Of a stretch of DNA of 64,000 nt, positions 32,193 through 40,588 are shown one piece after another. A program made the translations under genes and the position numbers. The notes beneath the pieces are model-generated. The model did no database searches. It had not been told where the DNA came from and was given only the letters and a program-made list of their open reading frames with translations. Each line of letters begins with the position of its first letter. The stretch's first letter is position 1. This DNA is from an uncultured delta proteobacterium (GTDB lineage: Bacteria > Myxococcota_A > Polyangia > Fen-1088): contig CAWCMR010000013.1 of NCBI GenBank assembly GCA_963796685.1, forward strand, positions 416,001-480,000. Reading direction: 5' to 3'.

Positions 32193-33788
32193 GTGAGAGT
32201 CTACGTGGGGAGCGATCATGCGGGTTTCAGTCTACGCAAGAGATTGCTCGAACGCTTGCGCTCGCAGGGGCGCGAGGTCGTAGACCTCGGAACCGATTCG
32301 GAGGCCGCGTGCGACTACCCCGAGTTCGCGTACTCGGTCGCCAACGCCGTGCGCGGCGTCACGGGATCGCTCGGGATTCTGGTGTGCGCCACGGGTCAGG
32401 GCATGGCCACCGCCGCGGGCAAGGTTCGGGGCATTCGCGCCGTCGTGCCCGCCACCGTGGAGGCGGCTCGGCTGTCGCGCTTCGACAACGATGCCAACGT
32501 GCTCTGCCTGGGGGGCCGGTTCCTCTCCGAGAGCGAGGCCTACGACATCGTGGACACCTGGCTTAGCACTGGCTTCGCGGGGGGACGTCACGCTCGCCGC
32601 ATCGCCAAGGTGGCGGCCATCGAAACCGCGTCCGCGGTTGCGTTCATGACCGAGGGAGAGCGCTTGGCGCTGGCGTCCCTGGGTGTGCCCGCGCGTATCT
32701 TCCACCGGGATCCTGCGCTGTTTTCGAGCGAACCCAAGGACCAGCCAGCCATCGAGTCCGCGCTGGCTTGGGTATCGTTGCCCGCCGAAATGACGGAAAG
32801 GTTACCCGAGCTGACGTGCTTCGCCTCGGAGATCCGACAGGCACGTTTCCGCGATCTCGTCTTGATGGTCGAGGATGCGGAGGCCTCGCCTGTCGCCGAG
32901 GTCGCTCGATTCTGGGGGGCGAGCTCGGGTGCGTTGCGTCTGCACGTGCTGGGCGCCACCGAACCCGCGGCGTTGGCCGCGCTGGAAGACTCCATCCTGC
33001 TCGACGCCGCGCTGATCGTCGCAATCGCCGGACCAGGCACGGGCAAGGTCTTCGAGGTCCCGGAGGAGCGACTGTGGACGACCATGCTCGATATCTGCGC
33101 CGGCGACGTCAAGCGCGCAGGTGCCCACTTCGCCGCCATCACCTGCGCAGGGTCGCCTCTGGTACAGGTCGCCGAGGCGCACCACTATCGCAAGGTGTTC
33201 CAGGGCGCACCGGAAATCGGGGAAGTCTTCTCCGTGCTTGGGTTCGAGGGCTTGGTGCCCGCGGTCCTGCTCGGACTCGACCCAGGGCGTCTGCTGACGC
33301 GAACCAGGGCCATGGTCGAAGCTTGTCGCGGCGATCGGATCGAAGACAACCCGGGCGCCAGCTTGGGCGTTCTTCTTGGCTCCTTGGCCAAGCATGGCCG
33401 GAACAAGCTGGCCCTGCTGCCTTCCGCGTCCCTGCGCCCGCTTGGTCCGTGGATCGCCCGGGTGCTGTCGCTTGCGAGTGCCGGTCGGATCGTTGCCACG
33501 TGGTCCGAGCCCCTGCTGCCAAGCTATCCGCCGGATCGCGTCTTCGTGCACCTGCAGGCCGACGACGATGGCCCCGCCATTCCCTCCGAGAAGATGGAGG
33601 CCATGCACTTGGCGGGACAGCCTTACATTCAGATTGCCGTGCGCGATCGCTACGAGATGGGCGCCGAGCTTTTTCGCTGGGAGATTGCCGCGACAGTCGC
33701 CGCACTGGTTCTCGGGACGAATCCCTTTTGCCCCGCACGAATCGCCGTTCCGCCGGACGTGCCCGAGCAACGGAGCGCGACCACCTGA
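32193..33788 (+). CDS. RpiB-family sugar-phosphate isomerase fused to a degenerate phosphoglucose isomerase (SIS) domain
   Basis: N-terminal GSDHAG, DYP, LVCATGQG, NDANVLCLG, GGRHARRI; C-terminal DNPGASLGVLLG, GRNKL, PPDRVFV, GAELFRWEIAATVA..LGTNPF as in the Pgi half of Tal-Pgi enzymes. Confidence 0.8.
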   Translation: MRVYVGSDHAGFSLRKRLLERLRSQGREVVDLGTDSEAACDYPEFAYSVANAVRGVTGSLGILVCATGQGMATAAGKVRGIRAVVPATVEAARLSRFDNDANVLCLGGRFLSESEAYDIVDTWLSTGFAGGRHARRIAKVAAIETASAVAFMTEGERLALASLGVPARIFHRDPALFSSEPKDQPAIESALAWVSLPAEMTERLPELTCFASEIRQARFRDLVLMVEDAEASPVAEVARFWGASSGALRLHVLGATEPAALAALEDSILLDAALIVAIAGPGTGKVFEVPEERLWTTMLDICAGDVKRAGAHFAAITCAGSPLVQVAEAHHYRKVFQGAPEIGEVFSVLGFEGLVPAVLLGLDPGRLLTRTRAMVEACRGDRIEDNPGASLGVLLGSLAKHGRNKLALLPSASLRPLGPWIARVLSLASAGRIVATWSEPLLPSYPPDRVFVHLQADDDGPAIPSEKMEAMHLAGQPYIQIAVRDRYEMGAELFRWEIAATVAALVLGTNPFCPARIAVPPDVPEQRSATT

Positions 33789-33881
33789 CGGTAGGTCGGC
33801 CGCGGACCGGACGAGCGTCCGAAATCAGGCCGGGTCGTCCGGGGTACAGACGAGCCCCATCGGAAGATCGCGGATTTGCGC

Positions 33882-33897
33882 AGGCACGCAGGTTGCT
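33882..33897 (+). promoter_or_regulatory. Putative sigma54 (-24/-12) promoter
   Basis: AGGCACGCAGGTTGCT matches TGGCAC-N5-TTGC with correct GG/GC spacing, just upstream of ATG 33910. Confidence 0.65.
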
Positions 33898-33909
33898 CCT
33901 GATCGGCGT

Positions 33910-35733
33910 ATGCGTCCATCCATGACCGCGACCTTCTGTCTTCTCAGTCTCCCCTTCTCGGCGAGGGCGGACTTCATTCCGGTGCTGCCTGGTCCGATCG
34001 ACCGCGTGGTCGCCGCTGGCGAGCACATCGCCGTGATTCGCAAAGGCACGGTGTTCATTCTGCGCGAAGATGGCAGCCTGATCGGGCGCATGGCCGGGGC
34101 CGAGCCCAACGCCCACCGCGGGCTCGCCGGCTCGCGCTCTGCCAAGGAGGAAGCCGAGCACATGTTGGATCTGCTCGATGTCGCGGAGATCGATCGCGAC
34201 ACCGACTTCGCCGACGAATTGCTCTACGACGAACAGAGACTCTCGCAACGGCGCCCGTCCGGTCTCGCCGCGCGATCGCCCGAGCTTCCCGTTTCGCCGC
34301 CGGCTCTGGCCGCGAGCGCCAGCAAGATCTGGATGGCCGGCGCGTTCGGGCTCTTTCAGGTGGGCGCGGATGGCAGGTCCGTGCGCGAATCGGGCCACGA
34401 GGGCTGGGGAGCGCCGTGGGCCGCCGCGGGCGAGAGCCTGCTTGCATCCCGTGGAAGCAACCTAGCCCTGCTTGCGACGCCGGCCAGTCCCAGTCGTTTC
34501 ATCGAGCTTCCCTCGCCGGTGAGCAAAGTCGCCTTATCCAAAGATGGACGGCGATTGGCCTGGGTCACCTCGTCGGGAATCTGGGGGGCCATCGATTCGG
34601 ACAGCCCGCGCAACCTGGCCCCCGCGAACGCCGTCGCCGACCTTTCCTTTTGCGGTGAAGACCTGGTCGCCCTGCTGGCCGATTCGGTGTTGGTGTTTTC
34701 GTCCGACGGCCGAGCGGAAACGCGTGCCCACGGAATCCCGGCGCAGCGCCTGTACTGCCCGGAAGGACGGGCCATGCCATGGCTGGCGCTGGGCCCCAAG
34801 CTTCTGGCATCGACGGACCAAGGCCGGCACTGGGAAGCCATCGCCGTCCCCGCGGACATGGCACCGACTGATGTGGCTGCCTCCGCCCACCATTTGTGGC
34901 TGGCCACGCCTGACGGCCTCTACGCCTCGGCTGATGGCGTCGCGCCTTTGCCAACCAAGCGCCCAGGCGACCGGCGGGCGCGCATGGGTCGTGAATCCGG
35001 CTCGCGGCCATCCTCGTGGCTTACTTGGATGCCGATGCCCAAGGTGTCGGTGCGCACGGCCGCGACCTTCGCCCCGGGCGGTCGTCAGTTGGAGGCGTTG
35101 GCCTCCGCGGCTTTCCCCTTGGGTGGCCGCTCCGTTCCCATCTTGTCCGCGGCGCTACCCGAGGTTGCCGAATCCGAGCCCGAGGAGCCGCCCGCCCGTC
35201 CACGCCGCGCAGAGCGCGTTGTGGACCTGCGCGATCCGGACGAGAGTTGTCTGACGCTGGCTAGGCGCAAAGCCGTGGAGCTCGTCATGTCGGAACCCGA
35301 ACGGGCGCGTTCCTACGTGACGCGTGCAGGCCACGCCGCGTGGTTGCCCGAGCTGCGCGTGCTCGTTTCGCGGCGCTATGGCCGCAGCGAGTCGATCGAT
35401 GTCAACAGCTCGTCGACCGCGCTCACTTCCCCGCTTGGGATCGACACTGTAAATGACATACGATATGAGGCGCGAGCCACCTGGGACCTGGGAAGACTGG
35501 TGTTTTCACCCGAGGAGCTCGCGGCGCAGAACCAAGCAATCCACATGGCCGACCTGAGACGGGATATCGAAACGACCATGAACCGGCTCTACTTCGAGCG
35601 GCGGGGTCTGGTACTCGACATGTCCGATGGACGCGGTGACAACGTCCGTCATCACCTGCGCGCAACCGAGATCGAGGCCGAGCTCAATGCAATGTCGGGG
35701 GGAGCCTTTGCCAGCTGCGTGTCCGGCAAGTAG
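33910..35733 (+). CDS. Exported hypothetical protein: beta-propeller-like N-terminus plus TolC/OEP-like helical C-terminus
   Basis: Signal peptide, repeated beta-blade motifs (STDQGRHW, LWLATPDGLY); C-terminal AAWLPEL...RATWDLGRLVF...RLYFERR. Confidence 0.6.
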   Translation: MRPSMTATFCLLSLPFSARADFIPVLPGPIDRVVAAGEHIAVIRKGTVFILREDGSLIGRMAGAEPNAHRGLAGSRSAKEEAEHMLDLLDVAEIDRDTDFADELLYDEQRLSQRRPSGLAARSPELPVSPPALAASASKIWMAGAFGLFQVGADGRSVRESGHEGWGAPWAAAGESLLASRGSNLALLATPASPSRFIELPSPVSKVALSKDGRRLAWVTSSGIWGAIDSDSPRNLAPANAVADLSFCGEDLVALLADSVLVFSSDGRAETRAHGIPAQRLYCPEGRAMPWLALGPKLLASTDQGRHWEAIAVPADMAPTDVAASAHHLWLATPDGLYASADGVAPLPTKRPGDRRARMGRESGSRPSSWLTWMPMPKVSVRTAATFAPGGRQLEALASAAFPLGGRSVPILSAALPEVAESEPEEPPARPRRAERVVDLRDPDESCLTLARRKAVELVMSEPERARSYVTRAGHAAWLPELRVLVSRRYGRSESIDVNSSSTALTSPLGIDTVNDIRYEARATWDLGRLVFSPEELAAQNQAIHMADLRRDIETTMNRLYFERRGLVLDMSDGRGDNVRHHLRATEIEAELNAMSGGAFASCVSGK

Positions 35734-35765
35734 GAGCAAAATCGGAGCAAGATAGGAGCAAGATA
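35733..35765 (+). repeat. Three tandem 11-bp direct repeats
   Basis: GGAGCAAAATC-GGAGCAAGATA-GGAGCAAGATA directly upstream of the PilZ ATG. Confidence 0.8.
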
Positions 35766-35773
35766 GTAGACCG

Positions 35774-36235
35774 ATGCACGACCCCAACGAGAATCTTCGC
35801 CGCCACCCGCGCTTCACCGTCGACGTTCAAGCCAACGTCACCACCGTGAACGGCCGAAGGCTGGTTGCGCGAACGCGAGATCTGTCCCGTTCGGGCATCT
35901 GCCTGGTTACCGGCGAGGACTTGGGATTCGGCGCGAGCCTCGGCATCGAGCTCGTGCTCCTGCTGGGGCCGAGCTCCTCCTCCGAGCCCCTACCCTTGCG
36001 CGCGCGGGTGGTGTGGTGCACGGCCATCGCCGGCGCCTACCAGATCGGAGCGATGTTCGACGGCCTGTCCGAAAAGGAGGCCTCGTTCCTCGACATGTTC
36101 TTGCGCTACCTCGATGGTTCGATCTTGCCCGCCGGCGCAGAGATGGAAGCGATGGAAGAGGGCGAGGATGCAGGCGCAGACCGAGAGGAAGGCACACCCT
36201 CTCCCGACATCAAGGACGACCCTTTCCGACCGTAG
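35774..36235 (+). CDS. PilZ domain protein
   Basis: RRHPR (RxxxR) and DLSRSG (DxSxxG) c-di-GMP motifs. Confidence 0.88.
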   Translation: MHDPNENLRRHPRFTVDVQANVTTVNGRRLVARTRDLSRSGICLVTGEDLGFGASLGIELVLLLGPSSSSEPLPLRARVVWCTAIAGAYQIGAMFDGLSEKEASFLDMFLRYLDGSILPAGAEMEAMEEGEDAGADREEGTPSPDIKDDPFRP

Positions 36236-36242
36236 CGCTGCC

Positions 36243-37796
36243 CTACTTCGCGCGCGCCAGGATGGCCTGCGCCACCCGCGTGCCGTCGATGGCGGCGCTG
36301 ACGATACCGCCGGCATAGCCCGCACCTTCGCCCGTGGGGTAGAGCCCGGACAACGACGGCGACTGAAGCGTGACGGGGTCGCGCACGATCCGAACCGGTG
36401 CGCTGGTTCGTGTCTCCGCGGCCACGAGCACGGCGTCGCCGTGCAGAAATCCGCGCAGCCGTCGGGTCATGCCCTCCAATCCCGCGCGCAGCGAATCCGT
36501 CACGAAGGCGGGGAAGATTTCATCCATGCGGCCGGAAACCGCGCCAGGGTGGTAGCTCGTCGCAGGCAATGACGAGCTCGATCTGTGCGAGAGAAAATCC
36601 GTGAGACGCTGGGCCGGTGCCCGGAAGGCCCCGCCACCCGCGGCAAAGGCCGCGCGCTCGATGCGACGCTGGAATTCGATACCTGCCAGCGGTCCGAGCG
36701 ACGCCTCGCCGTAGTCCTCCGGGTGCAACGAAACGACGATGGCCGCGTTGGCGTAGGGCGAATCCCGACGCGAAAGGCTCATACCATTGACCACCACGCC
36801 GTCGGCTTCGGTGGCCGCCGGCACAATGAACCCACCGGGGCACATGCAGAAGCTATAGACCCCCCGATCCGCAGCGGTGGCGCTGACCTCGTAGAAGGCA
36901 GGCGGCAAGCGCTCGTCGTCCGCAGCCTTGCCGTATTGGATGCGATTGATCACAGCCTGGGGGTGTTCGAGTCGCACGCCGACCGCGCTGCCCTTGCGTT
37001 CGAGCGCGATGCCGGCACCGGCTGCCCAGCGATACACGTCGCGCGCCGAATGCCCGCAAGCGAGAACGATGATGTCCGCAGGCAGTTCCTCGCCGTCGCT
37101 GGTACGTACGGCGCGGATTTTCCCCTCGGAGACGGCGACATCCAGCAACGCGGACGAGAACCTGTAATGCACGCCTCGGCTCTCCAAGAATTCTCGCAGT
37201 GCCGAAAGCACCTTCGGCAGTTTGTTCGATCCCACGTGCGGGCGCGATTCCACGGCGATGTCGGGATTCGCGCCGAAACGAACGAGATCGGCGAGCACGC
37301 GATCCACCGAGTGGCGATCCTTGGTGCGCGTGTAGAGCTTTCCATCCGAGTAGGTGCCGGCGCCGCCTTCGCCAAAACAATAGTTCGAATTGGTATCGAG
37401 TCGACCGCGCTGCACGCCCGCGAGATCATGGCGTCGCGGCTGCACGGGCTTGCCGCGTTCGAGAATCGTCGACGGAAGACCGGCTTCCGCGAGACGAAGC
37501 GAGGCCCACGCGCCTGCAGGCCCCGAGCCCACGATGACGATGTTCGGACGCGGTACCGAGGCCGGCCACCGAGGCGATGCCGGGGCCGGCGCACGATTCG
37601 ATGGTTCATTCTCGTCGAGAATTTCCACGCGCAGACGATGGCCGAGTGCATGTGCCTTGCGCGCATCGAGCGATCGACGAAGCAGGCGCACGCCATGCAA
37701 TTGTTCGCGCGGAATTCCGAGTGTGCGCGAAATCAGCGCCGCGAGAGATTCATCGCTGGCGTCGAGTGGAACAAATACATCGACGATTCTCTTCAT
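36243..37796 (-). CDS. FAD-dependent oxidoreductase (uncharacterised dehydrogenase family)
   Basis: IVGSGPAG, FGEGGAGTYSDGKL, YSFCMCPGG, ETRTSAP, GEGAGYAGGIVSAAIDG. Confidence 0.9.
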   Translation of the reverse strand: MKRIVDVFVPLDASDESLAALISRTLGIPREQLHGVRLLRRSLDARKAHALGHRLRVEILDENEPSNRAPAPASPRWPASVPRPNIVIVGSGPAGAWASLRLAEAGLPSTILERGKPVQPRRHDLAGVQRGRLDTNSNYCFGEGGAGTYSDGKLYTRTKDRHSVDRVLADLVRFGANPDIAVESRPHVGSNKLPKVLSALREFLESRGVHYRFSSALLDVAVSEGKIRAVRTSDGEELPADIIVLACGHSARDVYRWAAGAGIALERKGSAVGVRLEHPQAVINRIQYGKAADDERLPPAFYEVSATAADRGVYSFCMCPGGFIVPAATEADGVVVNGMSLSRRDSPYANAAIVVSLHPEDYGEASLGPLAGIEFQRRIERAAFAAGGGAFRAPAQRLTDFLSHRSSSSLPATSYHPGAVSGRMDEIFPAFVTDSLRAGLEGMTRRLRGFLHGDAVLVAAETRTSAPVRIVRDPVTLQSPSLSGLYPTGEGAGYAGGIVSAAIDGTRVAQAILARAK

Positions 37797-38034
37797 GGAT
37801 CTGCTCGTAATCTGCTCGCGATCGACTGTCGCTTGGCGAATGACCATAGGAGAATCGATCTCGGCATGCCACGCGGAAAACACTTTTGTGGTTGACTGAA
37901 GGCCGATGGCAAAGTAAAGATATTTTTCCGACCGAATCAAATTCCCTCCGGGCCTCGCCGTTGGCGGACCGGTGTAGAGATACCGGCGGCCCCGCCGACG
38001 CAGCCACTGTTACCTGGTTCTTCAAGGATTCTGA

Positions 38035-38961
38035 GTGCTTCAAGCCTTCGGTCAGACTTCGGTTACGCATGCCATCGCCGCGTTCGCAGGCTTGATGGCG
38101 ATTCCGTTCGCCATCCCTTCCCATGACGCGGAGCCAGGCGCCGCAGCGGGAAGCAAGACCGGCGCCACAACCGCGACCGTTTCGGCTAGCGACAGCCCCA
38201 GCGCGTCCTGCCTCGCGACCACGATCTGCGAAGTGAAGGATCGCGTGCGCTGGCGAACGCCGGCGTGGAGGCCGGAGTATTGCAGCCAGATCGCGAACGC
38301 GGTTCTCGATTCATCGAAGCGGTACGCGCTTTCTCCGTCGCTGATTCTCGCCGTGATGATCAACGAGAGCGATATGAACGAGAAAGCCTTTCGCATCACA
38401 CTGAAGTCGGGCCGCCTGTATGCGAAAGATGGCGGGCTCATGGGGATCCGCTGCATCGTCGACAAGCACGGCCACTGCACGAATGGAAACGTGCGCGGAA
38501 TGGCCTGGTCGGAAGTCATGGATCCGGTGACCAACATCGACATCGGCGCGCGCGAGCTCGCGCATTGGCGCGACGGCGGCGGTATTACCGACGTGACGAT
38601 TCGATTGCGCGATAGCCACGGCGTGCTGCGGACCAAGCTGAAGCACGTGCCCTGTACGCACAAGACGCATGCCTATTGGGCCCACTACAATCACGGTCCG
38701 CGCTACATCGATCGCGGGCCGGCTCGCCACTATCCCCATCGCATCGCGGTTCTGTACTACGCGCTTTCGCGCCTCATGAACATGGACACCAGCGAGCTGA
38801 CATCGATGCGCTTGACGGTCATCGATCCCGGAAAGCGCCCGCGCACCGCCGATCGGCCGGTCGAAGCACGCTACATCAAGCTGTGTCAGGCGATTCGTGG
38901 AGTCGGTCCGGTCTGCACCGAGCGATCGACCGCGCAGCTTCATCACGATCACGAAAAGTAG
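38035..38961 (+). CDS. Secreted lytic transglycosylase (SLT-like) protein
   Basis: LILAVMINES (catalytic Glu), GGLMGI, DPVTNIDIGA, AHYNHG; signal peptide; several Cys. Confidence 0.75.
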   Translation: MLQAFGQTSVTHAIAAFAGLMAIPFAIPSHDAEPGAAAGSKTGATTATVSASDSPSASCLATTICEVKDRVRWRTPAWRPEYCSQIANAVLDSSKRYALSPSLILAVMINESDMNEKAFRITLKSGRLYAKDGGLMGIRCIVDKHGHCTNGNVRGMAWSEVMDPVTNIDIGARELAHWRDGGGITDVTIRLRDSHGVLRTKLKHVPCTHKTHAYWAHYNHGPRYIDRGPARHYPHRIAVLYYALSRLMNMDTSELTSMRLTVIDPGKRPRTADRPVEARYIKLCQAIRGVGPVCTERSTAQLHHDHEK

Positions 38962-39120
38962 ACTCGTGCTGTCCCTATTCGAACGGTGAGGATACTTCTA
39001 GGGCCTTGCGCGAGCAGCAGGGCTGCTCGCGGGCACGGGTCCTGCTCCGCTGGCAAGCGAGCGCAGCCGCTCGGTATTCTCATCGCCCCGCGCGCCGCGG
39101 AGAGATCGGTAGCTCCAAAT

Positions 39121-39719
39121 CTAGGTCTTCGGCGTGAGCGTGAGCTTCTGTGTAACCACCACGGACTCGCCGGCAAAGGGCGGGAACTTCCACCGCGCCA
39201 CCGTGGTACGAACGCATTCGGTCAGCTCGTTGTCCACGTGGGGAGACAGGGTCATCGCCTGTACGATTCCGGTGGGCTTCACCGTGATCTCGAGCATCAC
39301 GCCGAGGCCGGACTGCGTCTGCAGCGCCGAATTCTTCTTGAGTGCACGCTCGTAGCACTTCTGCAACGCCTGTGCGCCTTGCCTGACCACGCGGCTGGCG
39401 TCCTTCGGATTGAGATCCCCTTTCCCCAGCACGATGTCGCCATCGGCGCCGCCCTGCTTCCCTTTGATTTCGGCGATGAGATTGAGGATATCCGGATCCG
39501 TGAGCTGCACCCGCGCCGGGTTGGCCATGGCTTGCGCGAGCTTCTGCTTGAGCTCGGCGTTCTGGGCCTTGAGGTCGTTCAGGTCATTCTTGCATGCCAC
39601 GACTTTGTCGTTGGCCTCATTGAGTCGACTGGTGAGCTCTGGCCATCTCCGCCTTTGCACCCGAGCAGGGAAAGCATGCCCAAGAAGGCGATCGTCAGGG
39701 TTCGTTTGGGGGTTTCCAC
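39121..39719 (-). CDS. Lipoprotein with coiled coil and AgmX/PglI (TonB-C-like) C-terminal domain (frameshift about 39640)
   Basis: Signal METPKRTLTIAFLGMLSLLGC in ORF 39579-39791 joins ELTSRLNEANDK... of ORF 39121-39807 when one base is added; LQKCYERALK...C...WKFPP signature. Confidence 0.75.
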
Positions 39720-39940
39720 GTGTTCCTCTTTCCGATCCGGACTCCTGTGTTCCGGCTCCGACGATCGTACATCGCAAATGGACCTTGACACACAGTTTTC
39801 TTACCATCTATCCAGCCAGCACAGGCCAGCACAGCCTTCAGGCGCCATCGACGGGCGCCATCGCGGCGGTCCGGGCTTGAACCTCGAGCGTGGCGCTGGA
39901 AGGCCGTCGTCGTCGGGCTCCGGCGCTGCTTCTGCTTGCG

Positions 39941-40480
39941 CTACTTCTGCTTGGCTTCTTCGTCGCTGAATTCGACCTTACCGGTGTACTTCGGGCCCTT
40001 TCCGCGCAACCAGAATTTGGTCTGCGCCAGGACCCGCGTGCCGGACTCGATGGTCATGAGGTACTGTTTGTTGGTGTCGAATTCCGGCTTGGCCACGGTG
40101 ATGCTGGCCGAGAAAATGCGACTCCCGCGCTCGCGCGTGTACTGCTCGTCGCCAGCCACGTACTTCTGCGATCCGCCACCGACCTCCCAGAACTTGACCG
40201 TGATTTCGTTGTCGTTTAGCGGCCGCGCAAAGAAGGCGATGTATTCGAATTTCCACACCGCGACGTCGTTGCCCTTCTCTTCCTTGGGCCACACCTTGTC
40301 GATCGAGGCACGGTGGATGGCCTGGACGAACGCGCCCTCGGAAGAGAAATGCGTCGGCAGACGGTTTTCGGTGATGATGATTCTGCCCTTGAAGACATCC
40401 TCCGGTTTTGCCGCCAGCGCTACCGAAGAGACCAGCATCGTTCCAAGGATGACCGCCGAAACACGATTGAACTTCAACAT
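39941..40480 (-). CDS. Secreted hypothetical protein
   Basis: Signal peptide ending ALA, GAGGG RBS, typical codon bias. Confidence 0.75.
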   Translation of the reverse strand: MLKFNRVSAVILGTMLVSSVALAAKPEDVFKGRIIITENRLPTHFSSEGAFVQAIHRASIDKVWPKEEKGNDVAVWKFEYIAFFARPLNDNEITVKFWEVGGGSQKYVAGDEQYTRERGSRIFSASITVAKPEFDTNKQYLMTIESGTRVLAQTKFWLRGKGPKYTGKVEFSDEEAKQK

Positions 40481-40588
40481 CGATACCCTCGTGTGATTGG
40501 TTGTTGTGGGATCAAATCTAGCCGCTTTTTGGGCAGGAAGAACAGGGCTTTTTTGACGGCTGGCCCTGCCCTGCTAGCTTGTTCTTTG

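Noticed and set aside
37797-38034. Possible riboswitch or ncRNA in the AT-richer intergenic region
   Set aside because: Contains GGCAAA and short stems but no complete c-di-GMP-I or other motif I can recognise; probably divergent promoters
40561-40575. TGGCCCTGCCCTGCT as a sigma54 promoter
   Set aside because: GG-to-GC spacing is one base short of the strict -24/-12 requirement
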